A DNA stretch of 51,805 nt, the filler included, from Basidiobolus ranarum (lineage: Eukaryota), in NCBI GenBank assembly GCA_040143965.1. It is 3 parts of 3 records of this genome, joined end to end, with 100 filler letters (N's around TTAATTAATTAA, not from the genome) between each part and the next. Parts side by side here need not be neighbours in the genome. Positions count along the whole stretch, not along the records: positions 34,628 to 51,805 come from JASJQH010000313.1; 2 more parts are not named here. The stretch is one strand, 5' to 3'. This document shows positions 49,691 through 51,805 of this stretch, piece by piece (position 1 is the first letter of the stretch; the number at the start of each line of letters is the position of its first letter). The translations under genes and the position numbers were made by a program. Under the pieces are notes generated by a model, which saw only the letters and a list, made by a program, of their open reading frames with translations, did no database searches and was not told where the DNA came from.

Positions 49691-51181
49691 ATGAGTATGA
49701 AGTTTTCTGACACTTCTTTCCTTATATTCTGAGTATTAACTTTCCTCTAAAAAAAAGCAGGGAAAGCTCCAAGTTCCGCCAACCGAAGAGGTAATCGTGG
49801 GGGAAGTAAACGTAGCAAGTCGGAAGAAGAGACGCGCTGTGTTTGCGGACAGCAACGTAAGTTTTCTTATTCTGACCTCAACGTTTCACCGTCACTTTCT
49901 TTTACTCATATTGACAGCTATAGATCACGAAGGGCTCATGATACAATGCGAATTGTGTAAAGTATGGCAACATTGTGCATGCGTTGAAATACTGGATGAA
50001 AAGGATTGTCCTGAGCAATACTTCTGTGAGCGTTGTAAACCAGAAAACCACTTATATTTACAATACTACAAAAATAATCTCAAACTAAAGTATGTTTATG
50101 TCACTTGAAGTATTTCTAAACGAATACCTCATGTTTAGCTACTTCGTGTTGGTCTAACTAACCACTTCTTTTTTCTTAGTAGTATGGTGAAAACCAGTGA
50201 ACCCCCTATAGAAAGTGAGGTTAGCACCCAACCTGATATCAAATCTACCGAAGAAGTCAAAGAGAAGCAACCCCTGGACCAAGAGGGACCAGAAACAAAT
50301 GATTTTTCCGCCTTATCAGATCGGGACGCTAATGAAGATATGAAAAGAGAAGCCCGTTCGAAACGGACAAAGAATATTTCAAATCGTTCACAGAGTCCCA
50401 TTTCCTCCAGTAGAAAAGCCAAAGATTCCGAAAGTGACGAGGAATATCTTACTCGTGGAGAACGTAAAAAAAAGAAAACCAACTCTAAATCTGAAGATCG
50501 CGAATACACCATTTCAAACTCGAGAAGTAGAAAACGAGATTCAAAGAGCTGTGACTATGGAGATGACGAGACCCCCAATAAAATTCAAGAGGAAGCTCAT
50601 ATTCGTAAGCCAAATAGAAAAGAGAAAAAAGGTAGGTTTTTGACATGTACTTCCTATTTATATATCTATACTAACGTCAAATTATTCAATTTTTAGAGCA
50701 TGTTAAAGAGTACAGCAGCAGTCACGAGCTTGAAACACCTCAGGTACACACCATATCTAATGATGAGGCTATTTCCAATGGCAAGCGCAAGAAACCTCGG
50801 AAAATTTCCCCGGAGCAGCCTCGAAACTCTACCCGCTCAAAAGAAAACGGTCAAGCTACACTTGATAACAGACGTAACTATATTCGTCACCTTTACTTGT
50901 GATACACATGCTTAAATGTCATTTTTCTATTAGGCTCTCCCCCCGTGCGAATCAAGAGCGTCAGCAATCGTATGTCTTTTCATGACATGAGCAAGCGTAC
51001 GAAATATATTTTTGACTGTATAACTCGTATTCAGATTTCTATGGCGGAAAAAGCCAAGAAACAAAATTCCTCCAGCTCTGTGACCAATGGCAAAGGAGGT
51101 GAGCCAACAACGATGGAGATGGTCGAAGGTCTTACCAGAAAGCTAGTTCAATTCCAAGAGCTGTATGGTGAAATGCGGTGA
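49691..51181 (+). CDS. CTI6: PHD-finger protein, Cti6-like (Rpd3L-associated), multi-exon
   Basis: PHD finger ETRCVCGQQ|HHEGLMIQCELCKVWQHCACV...YFCERCKPENH. The C-terminus RMSFHDMSKRTKYIFDCITRIQISMA...MEMVEGLTRKLVQFQELYG resembles Cti6. The start is inferred as a 4-nt exon ATGA (49691-49694). Confidence 0.78.
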
Positions 51182-51546
51182 ATCTGATTTTTTCTATTAA
51201 CTTGACGCCGCTTTTAGCGACCACAGATCTCGGCATTTGCTGAACAGTTGTATAATATAAACGGGTTGACGCAGCGGATATAAAGCTCAATGAATATCTG
51301 TTCCATAAGTACACTTCAATCTTATGACTGCCGTTGTACTAGGAATAGGATTGTGATAGTATTCTGTAGTTATTTGGTCTTATTTTTAAACTTTTTGTTG
51401 ATTTCTGGCCTTGGGTTTCTGTTTATATAGTAAGTCAGCTGTCAAATATTTACTGAATGGAATCCCTGTACCATGACTCTTACCATATTGGCTTGGGTTT
51501 CTAGTATTCTAAATGCATTAAATAAACTGACAAATCCTTAGGTTGA

Positions 51547-51804
51547 CTAGACTGCAATCAAGCGATAAGGTCCCATGAAAAGGAAATCATCATTTGCGAG
51601 TCCAATCGGATTGGTGTTTGTTGACATAAATGCTAGGAACAACATAGTATTCCACAACAAGGTGTGACCGACGAAATTGTGGTTCCTTGAACAATCACTA
51701 TCGGGATCTGACTCAGGAGAATCGGTTTGTTTCCAATGGCCATGGAGGAAAGTGACCAGTCTCGGGGTTAATTTGATAAAGACACGAAGTATCCAGTATA
51801 ATTG
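51547..51804 (-). CDS. Possible 3' part of a gene entering from outside the window
   Basis: Stop-free frame of ~85 codons from the window edge (QLYWILRVFIKLTPRL...GPYRLIAV*). No recognised motif. Confidence 0.25.
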   Translation of the reverse strand, partial: QLYWILRVFIKLTPRLVTFLHGHWKQTDSPESDPDSDCSRNHNFVGHTLLWNTMLFLAFMSTNTNPIGLANDDFLFMGPYRLIAV

Positions 51805-51805
51805 T

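Noticed and set aside
1-51805. tRNA, rRNA, CRISPR arrays, intact transposons or U12-type introns
   Set aside because: By eye I found no cloverleaf/T-loop context, regular repeat-spacer array, transposase/RT ORF or GTATCCTT/ATATCCTT donor. A covariance-model scan would be needed to exclude small RNAs.

Overview
This is an AT-rich, intron-dense eukaryotic window with ~50-70 nt GT-AG introns and CTAAC/CTAAT branch points. The gene content points to a fungus, probably an early-diverging lineage such as Basidiobolus (inference only). It consists of three contigs joined by two artificial N-TTAATTAATTAA-N linkers (17228-17327, 34528-34627). Recognisable genes are THP3/LENG8-like, COG4, a PhoD-like phosphatase, Nma111 protease, TVP38, a spliced DDA1, a phytochelatin-synthase-family gene, a DHA2 MFS transporter (truncated by a gap), an alpha-arrestin, neutral ceramidase, TOP3-alpha, a NUDT15-like Nudix hydrolase and a CTI6-like PHD protein. 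Three things stand out. (1) A locally expanding family of ~130-aa secreted 4-Cys proteins that I do not recognise, with 5 coding copies and 1 pseudogene. Its duplication units carry fossil copies of the COG4 3' end, and it includes acidic members and a strongly basic one. (2) A half-size phytochelatin-synthase-like gene with a mitochondrial-presequence-like N-terminus, behind a dense cluster of ATCWGATAA iron-GATA-repressor sites. (3) A Kex2-type prepro-protein whose mature part is made of Gly-rich amphipathic beta-strands. All exon models and alignments were made by eye; no database searches were run.
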